NCBI RefSeq assembly: GCF_006345805.1
Contig: NC_043014.1
Span: forward strand, 24,180,001 to 24,244,000
Origin: Octopus sinensis
Lineage: Eukaryota
Length of the DNA stretch: 64,000 bases
Direction of reading: 5' to 3'
Under the pieces are notes generated by a model, which was not told the origin of the DNA, searched no databases, and saw only the letters and a list, made by a program, of their open reading frames with translations. Within the stretch, counting starts at the first letter, position 1; each line of letters opens with the position of its first letter. This document shows positions 25,935 to 37,880 of the stretch, piece by piece. A program made the position numbers and the translations under genes.

Positions 25935-26745
25935 AATAATGAAATTATTGTATACAGTGCTCAGGTGCACCACAACTTGTCAGACAGTGCATATAAAGCA
26001 CATGCAGTAATGTACAAATGTCTGGAAAGCGAACAATGCATGAGTCAGATACATGCTTGTGTGTGTATGGAGGGGAGAAAATCAGGTGTAGTGTTGGCGA
26101 ATCTCAGAAAGCATGGAAGTTTTGAAGGATGCAGTGCTCCGACAACTAACAACTGATGCCGGCAGTTTGTTCCATGCTTCAGCAACTCTCAGCGTGAAAA
26201 AATGTTTCCTAAAGTCATGGGAGCTGTGCTGTTTTCTGACTTTGTAAATATGTCCACAGGTGTTAGATGGGTGGAGTTTGAAAAGGTGCTCAGAGTTATT
26301 GTTTGTACGATGGTTGATAATTTTATGGGTGTCTGCCAAGTCAGCTGCCAGACGTCGGAGTTTCAATGTGTCCATGCCCAGGGAAGTAAGGCGTTCAGAA
26401 TAGTGCAAATGCCTGATGGAGGGTATTCTTTTGGTTGCACGTCGCTGAACGGCTTCCAGACGATTGATATTCTGGGCAAGATAGGAGTTCCAGACCGGTG
26501 AGGTCTTACCATAGCTATATAAAGCCGCAGATAGATAGTCGGAGAGCGGCTCACAAAGGATTTGGTGAGTGATACCAAGACACCCTCAGCCTTCTTGACA
26601 ATTTTAGCGATGTGTTTTGTCCAACGCAAATCACTGTCGACAATAACACCCAGGTCACGTTCACATGAAGACTTTTTGAGACTAGTGTTGTGGAGGGAGT
26701 AGGCGGACACTGGGTTTCTCCTCCCAAAATGCATAGTGGTACATG
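25935..26745 (-). mobile_element. CR1-clade LINE 3' fragment, same family as 10755-12900
   Basis: near-identical 3'UTR and RT C-terminus (ORFs 26082-26408, 26363-26734). Confidence 0.92.
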
Positions 26746-27418
26746 TATTCTTTCTCTTCTAAAAAAAATGATGTGGTAGTATTAGCAGTTAATTTTAACT
26801 ACTATTTCTAGCAGATCAAGCAACCACATAGTGGTCTTTTCATTATGCATTCATTAAAATAGATACCATGAATACATCAGAGTTAATTACATCAACTTTA
26901 TCTCTGCCCTTGCAAAAGTTAACTTTGTACTTATAAAAGAAAATTATTCCTTTCCAGTCTTCCATGAAAAACATGCCTGGCAACTGGGAAACAGATGAGG
27001 GTTAGTGACAAGAAAGGAATCTAGCTGTTAAAACTTTTCCTCAACAAACTGACCTTTGCAAGCATAGAAAAGTTAATGCTGATGATGATATATTGTTCCT
27101 TGCCATGTTGTAGGACACATTGTTTAGGCAGGACATAAACAAATGTCACCATTGTCTATACACACACATATATATAACAAGCTTCCATAAAGTTTCTATT
27201 AAATTTTATTCACAAGACTGTTGTCAGTCAAATGCTCTAACAGAAGATATTTTCCCAAGATATCAAACGCAAAATTACATGGTTACAAAGTAAACTTCTT
27301 TTCCACTGAGCCATGCCTGTATTTTGTAATACTATTTCTCAGATTTTGTACTAATTTCTTTGCATTGCTAACTTTTTTTTTGTAGATTTATATATTTAAT
27401 TATTCTATTCTTCCTCAG

Positions 27419-27471
27419 GGTATTCAGACATTGTTTATGCAATCCGATGGCGGTCTCACACCCATGAACAA
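27419..27471 (+). CDS. OPLAH: 5-oxoprolinase exon (GIQTLFMQSDGGLTPMN), phase 0/2
   Basis: ttcctcAG acceptor, AA|GTAGG donor; conserved LFMQSDGGL motif. Confidence 0.93.
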
Positions 27472-27519
27472 GTAGGTTTACTCATCAAAACCGTTAGTTT
27501 TTATTTTTAGTGAAAAATA

Positions 27520-30500
27520 TGTATCATCATCATCATCATCACCACCAGATTTCATTGCCTGTTTTGACATAGTTTCTACCACCAGTTTACTCAGAGTACT
27601 GGGTGCTTTTTACATCACACCAGCACTGGTGCTTTTTCTGTGACACCAAACTAGAGGGGTAGCCAAGTAACTTGCAAGATGAAAACCTCTTAGCTGAGAG
27701 AGGGAGTTGAACTAAGCGAGGTGGCTTTAGAGATAAATGTCTTACCCCAGTCGGAAAAGAAAGGAGAAGGAGAGATAGAGTTTGAAAGTAAAAAAAAGAG
27801 AGACAGAGAGAGAAGTAGCTGGAAGAACAGTGATGGATAGAGTAGTACAGAGGGAATAGAAGGGGATGTTCCATAAGAGTGTGAAGAGAAGTATTTAGAG
27901 ATGGGAAAGAGGTGACTGCAGCAAGTGGTGGTGAGGGAAATTGGAGTAACTGGGAGCAAGGTGTGGTTGATATATGAGAGCATGCAGATAGGCACATGAG
28001 AGATGGTGGAGAGACCTGCAGGGGTGGTGATCATGGGTGGCTGGATGGAGTGGGCTTCAGAGGATGGGTTGTTGGGGAGTTTGACAGAGGACAGATTATG
28101 CATGTCTGTATGGTAGCTTGATCTGTTTTCTCAAGTACAGCAAATTGTCAATTATCTCAATTCTCTGTTATCTCCTCTGTGAGGCTTAACATCTAGAGAT
28201 CATTTCTCACTACTTCGTCCCACGTCTTCCTAGGTCTACTTCCACAGCTTTCTTTCACAATTAGAAATTAGCACTTCTTCATGCAGCTGTCTTCATCCAT
28301 AGGCATCACATGACCATACCAGCACTGACTCCTCTTTTGCACACAACATCTGATGCCTCGTATACATAACTTTTCTCTTAAAACATTTAAACCCTATTGT
28401 ACATGCACACTGACATTGTGCATCCAGTGGAACATGCTGGCTTCATTTCCTTTCAAACCTTCACATGTCCTCTGCAGTCTCATCCTATGTTTCACTGCCA
28501 CATAGCATAACTGTCTGTATACAGGTATCATACAATCTGCCTTTCACTCTGTGGGAGAGGCTTTTTGTTACCAACAAAGGTAATAGCTCTCTGAACTTTG
28601 CCCAACCTATTGTTATTCTAGCGACTCTGCTTTCAGAGCATCTTCCTCCACAGCTAACTTGGTTGCCTAAGTAATAGTAATGGAAGCTAGCTATTACTTC
28701 TAAGGATTTCCCTAGACATTTGAGGGAGTCTATAAACCTGTACGCTCTTAGTGTTTATTGTACCTGCACATCTGCCACAGTACTACTTTCTCTGTTAACC
28801 TTCCTGTGATTCTGCTGTACCTCTCATGTATCCATACCTTCCTGCCTACACCTTTTTTCTGAAGGGATTGGTGATTTATCTGTTTTTCCTACTTACTAGG
28901 TCATAGGTCTTTGCTAAATTAAATTTAAGGACCTCTGATTCCAGTCCTTGCTTCCACACCTGAAATTTCTTCTCTAATTCTAGTAGAGATTCAGCTATAA
29001 GAACAATGTCATCAGTGTAGAGGAGCTCCCAAAAGCAACCAGTCTTAAATTCCTGTTATGACCTGGAGTACTATCATAAACAAGAGTGAATATAATGCTG
29101 CTACATCACTTGTTGGGTATGATACCCTCTTGGACAACCTGATTAACTATATGGATGATTAGGCCGTATCTTATGCAACCAGATATTTTAAGCATTTTAG
29201 CTGATTCCTGATGGGCCAGGTGCTTTTCCTGTCTTCATAAACTTAATTGCTTTATTCTACCACACTACTGTCAATTCAGATAGCTGGTATTTCTGTTGGG
29301 TCTTCGTTTGGTAGACTCTCTTTCTCCTATGCATTCTCCACATTTAACAGCCTTTCATAGTGGCACTTCCTAGCTGCACTCATTGCAAAATCATTAAGTG
29401 CGAGTGAAACACACCTCTCCTATATTATGATTTTCTTTCCCACACTTGCAGTCAAAAACTCCTGAAGCCTCTGGTCCTCATGCTGTAGAACACTGACAAA
29501 CTTCTTCCTTTCTGCTTCTCGTCTATCTAAATAGACCTGTCTCTTAACTTCCCTTCTAGTTACCTGATATAATTCTCTGCTACCACCTCTCTTCCAGTTC
29601 TGTTTTTTTTTTCACTCTAATGGCCCTGTCTTCTATGCTGTTCCACCACATTGTCACCCTAGGTCTAGTTGGGACTTTGCACCAGCCACAAATTTGATCA
29701 GTGGCCCTCATTAAGTTGTCCCATAGGAACATCCAGTTGTCCTCTACATTATATGTCATTATGTTCTCCTCCTTGTCAAAGGCTTCAATTCAAATGTCTC
29801 TCAATTTCTGACTATTTTGAAGATCCTTTAGCTTCTAAATCTTCCTTTTTCAGACTGGTTTGATTTTAGAATCTGTCAAGCATAAAGCATTAAGTCACTA
29901 ATGACTAATCTATATTGGGGAGTGCATTCTTGACCTGGGAAGATCTGTACATTTATAAGCAGCCATTTTCCCATCATTCTGGTGAGAATGTAGTCAATCT
30001 AGCTTGATAGGGGAACAGGTGACTGGCTGGTTTCCTAAACTTAGTGTTGCAGATCATTTGGTCATTTGCATCACAGAACTCCAGTAGCCTAGTTTTTTCC
30101 TCATTGCGGGAACCAACTCTATAGCCTTCATGCGCACCATGGAAGTCATGATGAGGTAATGTGTAAAAGAGTGTCATAAAATTGATCTTTCTGTTTATCT
30201 GGCAGCTCCAGTTGAGGGGTGGAACCAGAAATAATAGTTACTGTACTACTTTGCAAAACTAGTCTAAGCATGTGCTGACTACCTCGATCACCTATCAATC
30301 CACTTCTCTGTAAGAAGTATGTTCACACCACCGTCCCCATCACTATTGACTACCCTGAAGATTTTATACCTCTGTTCTTTGCACATGAAGAACTTGGCAG
30401 AAGCTTCACTCCACCTTAATTATTGAATGCTACACACATCTACGCACCTCCATTCCAGCATTTTAACAGTCTCACCAAACCTACCCTTCAATGTGCCTAC

Positions 30501-30590
30501 ATTGAGCGTGCCAACTCTAAGAGTGAGTAAGGGTTGGTAAAAGGGAGCAGGGGCATAGGAGACAGCATTCAGCATCTGAAAGAAGGTGTG
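27520..30590 (-). mobile_element. Old, near full-length RTE (EN start to 3'UTR), heavily decayed
   Basis: (CAT)n tail at about 27525, RT remnants 28110-29300, KPASHL/EFCDAN remnant at about 30050, TLRVGTLNVG remnant at about 30500. Confidence 0.8.
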
Positions 30591-30593
30591 CAG

Positions 30594-30632
<39 letters not shown>

Positions 30633-30982
30633 CTGGCAAGTTTAGTATCCTGATTTATTGTTCATTACTGTCAATACATTAACTTCAGTTTGTGATGTAC
30701 TCAAGGGAGTATTTAAATTTTTCCTCAAACCACATTATAGCATCTTAACATGATACATTGGATAATTTAGGATGGCTGTGATTGGAATTGACTGGTGGTA
30801 AACAACAACTACAGTGTGCATTTTACAAGCCAACAACAGGGCCCTTACATGGTTGCTCTTCTTTCTAAAAACTAGCTGCCAAATCATATCCCATCTTCAT
30901 AAGAAGGAAGGACACATAGGACAACATAGTTCTGTGAATGTGTTTGTGTGGGTGTATGTATGTATGTGTGTGTATATATATA

Positions 30983-31027
<45 letters not shown>

Positions 31028-32440
31028 GTGTGTTGTAGTTCACTTGGAGCATTGTAGTACACAAGTAGAAAAAGAAAAGGATAAAGAAAGCTTCTAACAA
31101 TGCAGAAAGTTTCAAAAAATCTTTTCTTTTATGTTTCAAGTGTCTGAAATGTAAACATCTTTTTTAAAAGTTTCTGCATCGTTAGAAGCTTTCTTTTTTG
31201 CCTCTTTTTGCGTACACGCACACACACACTAGCTGGAAAGCAAAGTAAAAAGAAAGATAATTATGGTAGTTCACCTTTGATCATAGAGCTAAGCAACAAC
31301 AACAAAGTATTTCTGGATCTAAAGATATTGTGTTGATCTAAACACAAGATTGTCCTAAATTCATGCATTTATATATATTTTTATCAATAGTTAGCAGAAG
31401 CCACAGAGTGACTCAAGGGCTGAAAGTTTCTTGCATTGACACTTATCAAACTAGCTACAGATGGAAGAGTTGTGGATTTATAAACCAGTGATAATAATAT
31501 TTCTCTGGATAGTTCTAGAACAAATTATTAAAACAATTACAATGTCACGTGGATAATTCATATTTTTCACATAGTTTGCTCATTGTGTTGCATAATAAGT
31601 AAATAAATAAATAAACAGAGGAAAACTTGTACACTTACATATATAAATGTGTGTATGTAGATATCTGTCAGTCTACCCTATCTACCTCTCTCCCTCCCTC
31701 AGCCATGCTATATTTTTCTTCATTTTTTTTTAACATTTATATATTTAGATTACGGTTATAGAGGAAGTGATGGCTACTTATTGTATGAACTTAATATGCA
31801 TTATAAAAACATGTTTACAATAGAAATTAAAATGAATCCTTTCCAGTATTTTATTATGTTGTGGCAGACAACCCCAAGTGAGAAGTGGGCTGTTCCACTA
31901 CTGATAAATAGTAGACAGACACAGCAAGCAGTGTCAGTCTGTGAAAAATTTTTGGTGTTTTTTTAATCATTTTTGATCTCTGTGAGTTAAATTGTTATAT
32001 ACTTGTTGAAAGTCTCCCATAAGGGTGAACCTACTTGTTGAATATCATTGTTAAGCTGTTGAATTGTTGTTGCTGCTTTTATCTGTGAAATTACAATTGT
32101 TTTCTTCCCCATTCATGGGTGAAGTAGACAAGAAGCAGAGGATGGAGTGCAAACCAGTTCTAGCCAGTAGCTATGCTTCAGCCACTGGAAGAAGTTTGAC
32201 AGCTGACGCGTTGCAGGTACGAGAGATAAAGATGGAGCAGAGTAAGTTGAAGGAGTTCGACAGACTCATAGAGAAAGATGGAACCAGTTTAACAGCAAGC
32301 ATGATGAAGTGAACAGTGGTGTATAGAGCGCTGTCCACGACATCGAAAAAAAATAGAAATAGCCACAGTAGGGGCTATAGAGGAATGCTTAAAGGAGGTA
32401 AAAAGCCTCACAACATTTTACACAAGCGGGAGGAAATCTA

Positions 32441-33215
32441 TGAGGGATGTTCATGAACAATTTCCCCTGACCCACTTCCAATTATTGCAGGAAATGGAAC
32501 TTGTACAGGTATAATCATACATGTCTTTACATGTTACATTATAAATTGCAGCTTTCCACTAGTATTTGTTTGTCTTTTGCAGCTGCTGGAGTGGAGGCAG
32601 TTGAATGCAGATCAGTGATCAGGTTCTTGAAAGGTCATACACCAAAAAAGACTTTTAATGAGATGAAAGAAGATTATGATGATGATGCACCATCATATGA
32701 CATTGTCAAGCACTGGCATTGCTAGTTCAAATGTGGTCAGACATCGGTGGAAACTGCTCCTATTCCTGAACAGTTACATTCTGCCATTAATGATGACACC
32801 ATCCATAAAGTGAAAGCTGCCATTTTGGAGGATTGCCGCATAACTTTTCGGCAACTAGCCCAAGAAGTGAAGATAAGTGTAGGATCTGTGGAAAAATCAT
32901 TCACAACCATTTGCACATGCAGAAGTTCTCTGTACGATGCTTACGCCTTCTCAGAAGCAGGAGTGAGTCAGTCATTTGCTCCCAGGTTCTTTTGGCAATA
33001 TATCAAGAAAACATAGAGGACATTGGCAGACTTATCTTGGCTCCTGACACAGCTTACCGACTTCTACAGATGAAGTCTTCACAGCTGCATAATGTGATAG
33101 AAAAAGTGTGTCAGCATTGGTGGTAGCTATGTAGAGAAGGACTAATAGTTATGCCAGGTTTCATGCCAATCTTTGGGAAGAGGGTCAGAGGAAATTTTTT
33201 ATGAAAACCCCCTCA
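32441..33215 (+). mobile_element. Internally deleted mariner element with both TIRs and TA TSD
   Basis: TA|TGAGGGATGTTCATGAACAATTTCCCCTGACCC ... GGGTCAGAGGAAATTTTTTATGAAAACCCCCTCA|TA; N-terminal transposase remnants. Confidence 0.88.
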
Positions 33216-33219
33216 TATA

Positions 33220-33735
33220 TTCACCTTTTCCTCTATCTTTAACCAACTGTTCTCCCCCTCACCCTCTAATGAAACTATCTACTCTCTCATCCTCCCCCAT
33301 GACTCACATTTTGTATTCTCTCTTATGCTCACCCACTTGTACCTTGAGAGTTTGCTTTAGCATCCTATACCACTGCCTTCCTCTTATATCCTTCAGCCAT
33401 GTATCTCTTCTACAGCAAGACTTGTTCTTGCCCTTCTATCATACTTTAGCCTTTCAATACATGGCATAAAGCCACCTACCTCCACCTTCCACCTTATCAG
33501 TGGAAGCTTTTTCTTTTTGTGTCTGTTATTTTTTTGTCTTGCAACTTTACACAGCAACCTCACTAGTACCATTGGCTCAAAACAAGTACCCACTACACTC
33601 TGTAAAGTGGTTGGCATTAAGAAGGGCATCTAATCATAGAAACTATGCCTAAGCTGACATTGGAGCTTGACATGGTCTTGCAGCTCACCAGATCTAGTCA
33701 AACCAGCATGGAAAACAGACGTTAATTGATGATGA
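33220..33735 (+). mobile_element. Old RTE-type 3'UTR fragment with (GAT)n tail
   Basis: GTTGGCATTAAGAAGGGCATC..CATGGAAAACAGACGTTAA..GATGATGATG end. Confidence 0.6.
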
Positions 33736-34348
33736 TGTATTGTAGTTTCTAATATTGTAATTCTGTGTCTTTGCAAATGAAAAATTTCACACACACACAT
33801 AAATTCCATAAACTATGTAACTATAATTTATTCATACAATTTAAATGAATCCCAGAAACATTTCATATTTCTTAATTTCCAAAGCAAATGTTTAAAAATT
33901 TGTTAATATTCATTTTTCATCCTATAAATATGATTCAGCAATTAGAATAAATTTCCATTGAAAAATTCTGAGTCCAAGGACATAATATTACAAATCAATG
34001 TTTTTCAGTTTTGTGGTAGATATTATAATGTAGATATTTAACCTCCTAATCCGTGTTCCCCGCTCACTTTATGGCAAGCATTAGTTATTGTTGTCTAATC
34101 TTGTGTCAACTCTAAGTGAACCGAAAAATTGCTAGGGTATTAACTATGACCATCCTGTCTTTCATTCAGACAGTGTATCTAGGACTACCTTGTTTAATGT
34201 GTATTTCCACTTTTATTTAGTTAATCATGTAATAGAAAATGAAACCAGCTTACAAACTTGGAATGTTTTGTCTTTTACTTAGTAACATTATCCAATACTT
34301 GATAATTCATTGAGCAGTTTTTTCAAAATACACCTTTTATCTTTGTAG

Positions 34349-34461
34349 GTTTAATGGTGCTCGAGCTATTCTATCTGGTCCTGCTGGAGGAGTTGTTGGT
34401 TATGCTATGACGGCCTACAAGAAAGTATCGGATCTTCCAGTTATTGGCTTTGACATGGGAG
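34349..34461 (+). CDS. OPLAH: 5-oxoprolinase exon ([37 protein letters not shown]), phase 2/1
   Basis: ttgtAG acceptor, G|GTATG donor; SGPAGGVVG and IGFDMG(GTSTD) ATP-binding motifs. Confidence 0.96.
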
Positions 34462-34904
34462 GTATGCTTATCTTTTGTATGGTTTAAGATAAACCCAACT
34501 TCATAAAGTTGTTAAAAAGGATCACAGTCAACCAAGTGAATAAAAATCATTTCTCTTGTGTAGCATTAATCTGGTTTTTTCACATAATTAACTTTTTTGT
34601 TACTATATTTCTAACTAAAACACTCCCCTTATGAGTTTCATTTAAATTCTAAAATAATCATGAATTTAGACTTAGTTTCATTAAAAACTAACTTTTTCAC
34701 TTATTAACATATTAATGTGATTTTTGGAACATAATTGAATAAAAGGTTCTTAATCAATTCTATTGCATTACTTTTGTTTCAACTGACTCTAATTAGGTAA
34801 ATACATATAAATTTAGCAAAATATAAAAATATTTAAATTCTGTTTAAACATCTCTACAGAGCTAATATTCAATTGGGTATGCAATAAAATTTTAATATTT
34901 TGTA

Positions 34905-35733
34905 ATGTCAGTGTGCGCGCACGACAGAGGGTAAGCACCCTGAGAGAACTGCTGGACATAAGAAGCATCAGATGTGGTGTGCAAGAGCGACGCTTGCGAT
35001 GGTATGGTCATGTACTGCAGATGGATGAGGAGAGATGTGTGAAGAAGTGCCGCTCCCAAACAGTTGAAGGTATCAGGGGAAGAGGTAGACCTAGGAAGAC
35101 ATGGGATGAGGTAGTCAAGCATGACCTCAGAGCGTTGGGCCTCACAGAGGCAATGACGAAGGACCGAGATCTCTGGAGATATACTGTGACTGCAAAGATC
35201 CGGGCTGCTTCCTGCACCAGTTCCGCATAGCCCCTGCCCATCCAAAGTACCTTGGATTCCAGAACATCCCGCTGTGCTTGAGGAGACCTATTGAGTCAAG
35301 TACATGAACATCAAAATAAATATCAATGGAAATAGTAGTTGTGATACCTGTGCCGGTGGCACATAAAAAGCACCATCTGAACGTGGCCAATGCCAGCGCC
35401 GCCTCGACTGACCTCTGTGCCGGTGGCACATAAAAAGCACCATCCGAACGTGGCCAATGCCACCTTGACTGGCTTCCGTGCTGGTGGCACGTTAAAAGCA
35501 CTAACCGATCGTGGCCGATGCCAGACTCCCCTGGCACCTGTGCTGGTGGCACGTAAAAAGCACCCACTACACTCGCAGAGTGGTTGGTGTTAGGAAGGGC
35601 ATCCAGGTGTAGAAACACTGCCAGATCAGACTGGAGCCTGGTGCAGCCCCTGGCTTCCCAGACCCCGGTTGAACCGTCCAACCCGTGCTAGCGTGGAAAA
35701 CGGACGTTAAACGATGAGGATGATGATGATGAT
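34905..35733 (+). mobile_element. RTE 3' fragment (RT C-terminus, repeat-containing 3'UTR, GAT tail)
   Basis: ORF 34913-35230 RRLRWYGHV..GRGRPRKTW; tail AAACGATGAGGATGATGATG. Confidence 0.92.
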
Positions 35734-35897
35734 TAAAGAATTGTGCACATCACTAGATTATCAATTGAATTTAATGCACATAAGAACAGATGGAAATACT
35801 AGAATTTGCCTTTGAAGAAAACTAGAAAATGAAATACATCAACTAAATGAAATTAACTCGCACACACATAAATGAATACACAGAACATATATAATAA

Positions 35898-36022
35898 AGC
35901 CTGAACAGGATAAGCTACCCCTATTTTGCAGAAAAAAAAGTGTTGGCAGCTGGCTATGAGACTTTTAGCCGGCCGCCAACACTTTTTTCTGCAAAATAGG
36001 GTTAGCTTATCCTGTTCAGGCT
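35898..36022. repeat. Long near-perfect palindrome (~57-bp arms, 9-nt loop)
   Basis: arms 35898-35956 / 35966-36022 with 3 substitutions and a 2-nt difference in the A-run. Confidence 0.9.
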
Positions 36023-36029
36023 ATATTAT

Positions 36030-37106
36030 TAGCATTATCCTGCATTTGAGAATTTTAAAAAATCACTTTGATCCTGCACTTCCTGGCCTTTCCTGGAATA
36101 TATACTGTTAGAAACATAGCCTTCCTTTATACCCCACCATGCCTTCATTGATGGATAGGTATCTATCAGGTTTGTAGAATGTTTTATATGCATTTTGAAT
36201 GCAGTTGATGAACAGGGGATGTAGTCAATAAACAGGGAATCAAAGTTTGGTTCTCCACGTACTGGGGTACTGCTAGTGTCTCTCACATGAAAATATTGGT
36301 TCAGTTTCACAAATTGTGTTCTTGTCATAATACTGGAAATGTACTGGTCTTCAAAAGGTTCCTGATTACTCTAGTAATTTGTAATTCTGGGTAATTGTCT
36401 TATACCCATAATAATATTGATGGCAAAAAATGCCTGTATTTCTTCTACACTTGTGGGAAACCCATTTTTTTCCAATTTGTTTATATTCTGCATAATGGTT
36501 TGTTTCTGCAGTGATCGCTTCAAACAAGCTTACTGGAAAAAATAAGAAAGAAGATCTAATGGTTTTGATTCCTGATAAAAACTATGAATAGGTCCAGTCT
36601 CTTCAGAAAAATCATTGATGAAAATAGATTTTAACTTGTTACTCTATTCAGATACTGTTGCTATCAGTGTTCTCTTCAGAATCACTGCTTTCAGTTTCGG
36701 ATACAGAAATATGATTCATTTTCATGCACCACATGCTTTTGTAGTTTACTTATACATTTGCATGATTTCTCCATATTTCTGTTGAAAAGCCCTCAAATTC
36801 AGAATCACTACTTGACAGCATGAAACTGTTATCCATTTTAAAAGTTGAAAAAAATCATAGAAGTAAAAATGTGGAAAAAACATTCCCAAAATTCAGAGAG
36901 CTCAGATATCATGTCAAACAATGTTGGATACTGTAATTCAACTATTTACAAAGTGAAATCACATGTTTTCACTTATGTACTAGCAAGATTTGTTCCAAAA
37001 TCCTTATTTAAATATCAATGGCTTCACTTGGCCAGCTTCAGCCAGGTTGGTTGTTTGAACCAAAAAAATCATTTTGCTGGCTGCAGCCGGGTTGGTATTG
37101 AAAGGG
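36030..37106 (-). mobile_element. piggyBac transposon remnant (5' TIR plus N-terminal half of transposase)
   Basis: minus strand starts TTAA|CCCTTTCAATACCAACCC; MTRTQFVKLNQYFHV..PNFDSLF, SIDEGMVGYKGRL, YIPGKARK.RIKV remnants. Confidence 0.8.
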
Positions 37107-37521
37107 TTAATGGTATCTTTTTGGAGCTGGGAGATGAGGTGTTTTTTTGATAGCTGCAGCCAAATCAGTTACGAACTGGCTCAATATAGATCACTGATAT
37201 ACCATCAATATTGGTGTCTTTCACAAAAAACACTTAATTCAAGAGTCCAATTTGCCTAATTGTAAATAGATATGAGGATGCACAGTTTACACCTATAAGC
37301 AATAATAGTTATATATTATCAATAAGTTGTCTTTTGTAAGTGAGCCCTAACTTTAACCAAGATGCTTCTTGCCTGTCTAAATTATCTATGTACATTACAC
37401 GAAGAGATGACTTCACTGAAACCCTCTCTGATCTAATAATTACAGATCATCCATTAACCTTTTACAAAATAATCTGTTTATCATAAACAATGAATAACAT
37501 CTGTTTCTTTTATATACTTAG

Positions 37522-37610
37522 GTACATCTACAGATGTCAGCCGTTATGCTGGACAATATGAACATGTCTTTGAGTCTACCACAGCTGGAATCACTATTCA
37601 AGCACCACAG
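37522..37610 (+). CDS. OPLAH: 5-oxoprolinase exon ([30 protein letters not shown]), phase 1/0
   Basis: acttAG acceptor, CAG|GTTAG donor; completes [12 protein letters not shown]. Confidence 0.96.
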
Positions 37611-37689
37611 GTTAGTTCTATTGCTCATATCATAGCTTATAATGTATGGTATTAGACATGATGTCTAAAATAAATTATTCTTTTTAAAG

Positions 37690-37880
37690 AATAATTTCAA
37701 AGCCAGCAATTTTTGAGGGAGGAGGAAAGTTGATTACATCAACCTCAATGCTCAACTGATGTTTTATTTTATTGACCCCGAAAGATGGCAGTTTGAACTC
37801 AGAATGTAAAAAGATAAAAAAGATGTCACTAAGCATTTTGTACTTTGTGGTAATGAATTTACCAGCTTGCCATCTTTGTC
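37690..37880 (-). mobile_element. Degenerate Nin-like SINE
   Basis: TATTGACCCCGAAAG..TTTGAACTCAGAATG..CTAAGCATTT..CCAGCTTGCC, reverse match to the 1430-1629 family. Confidence 0.65.

Noticed and set aside
32064-32312. 82-aa ORF (MGEVDKKQRMECKPVLASSYASA...) as a nested gene
   Set aside because: No recognisable domain or splice context; it may be a LINE ORF1 remnant, but I cannot support a call.
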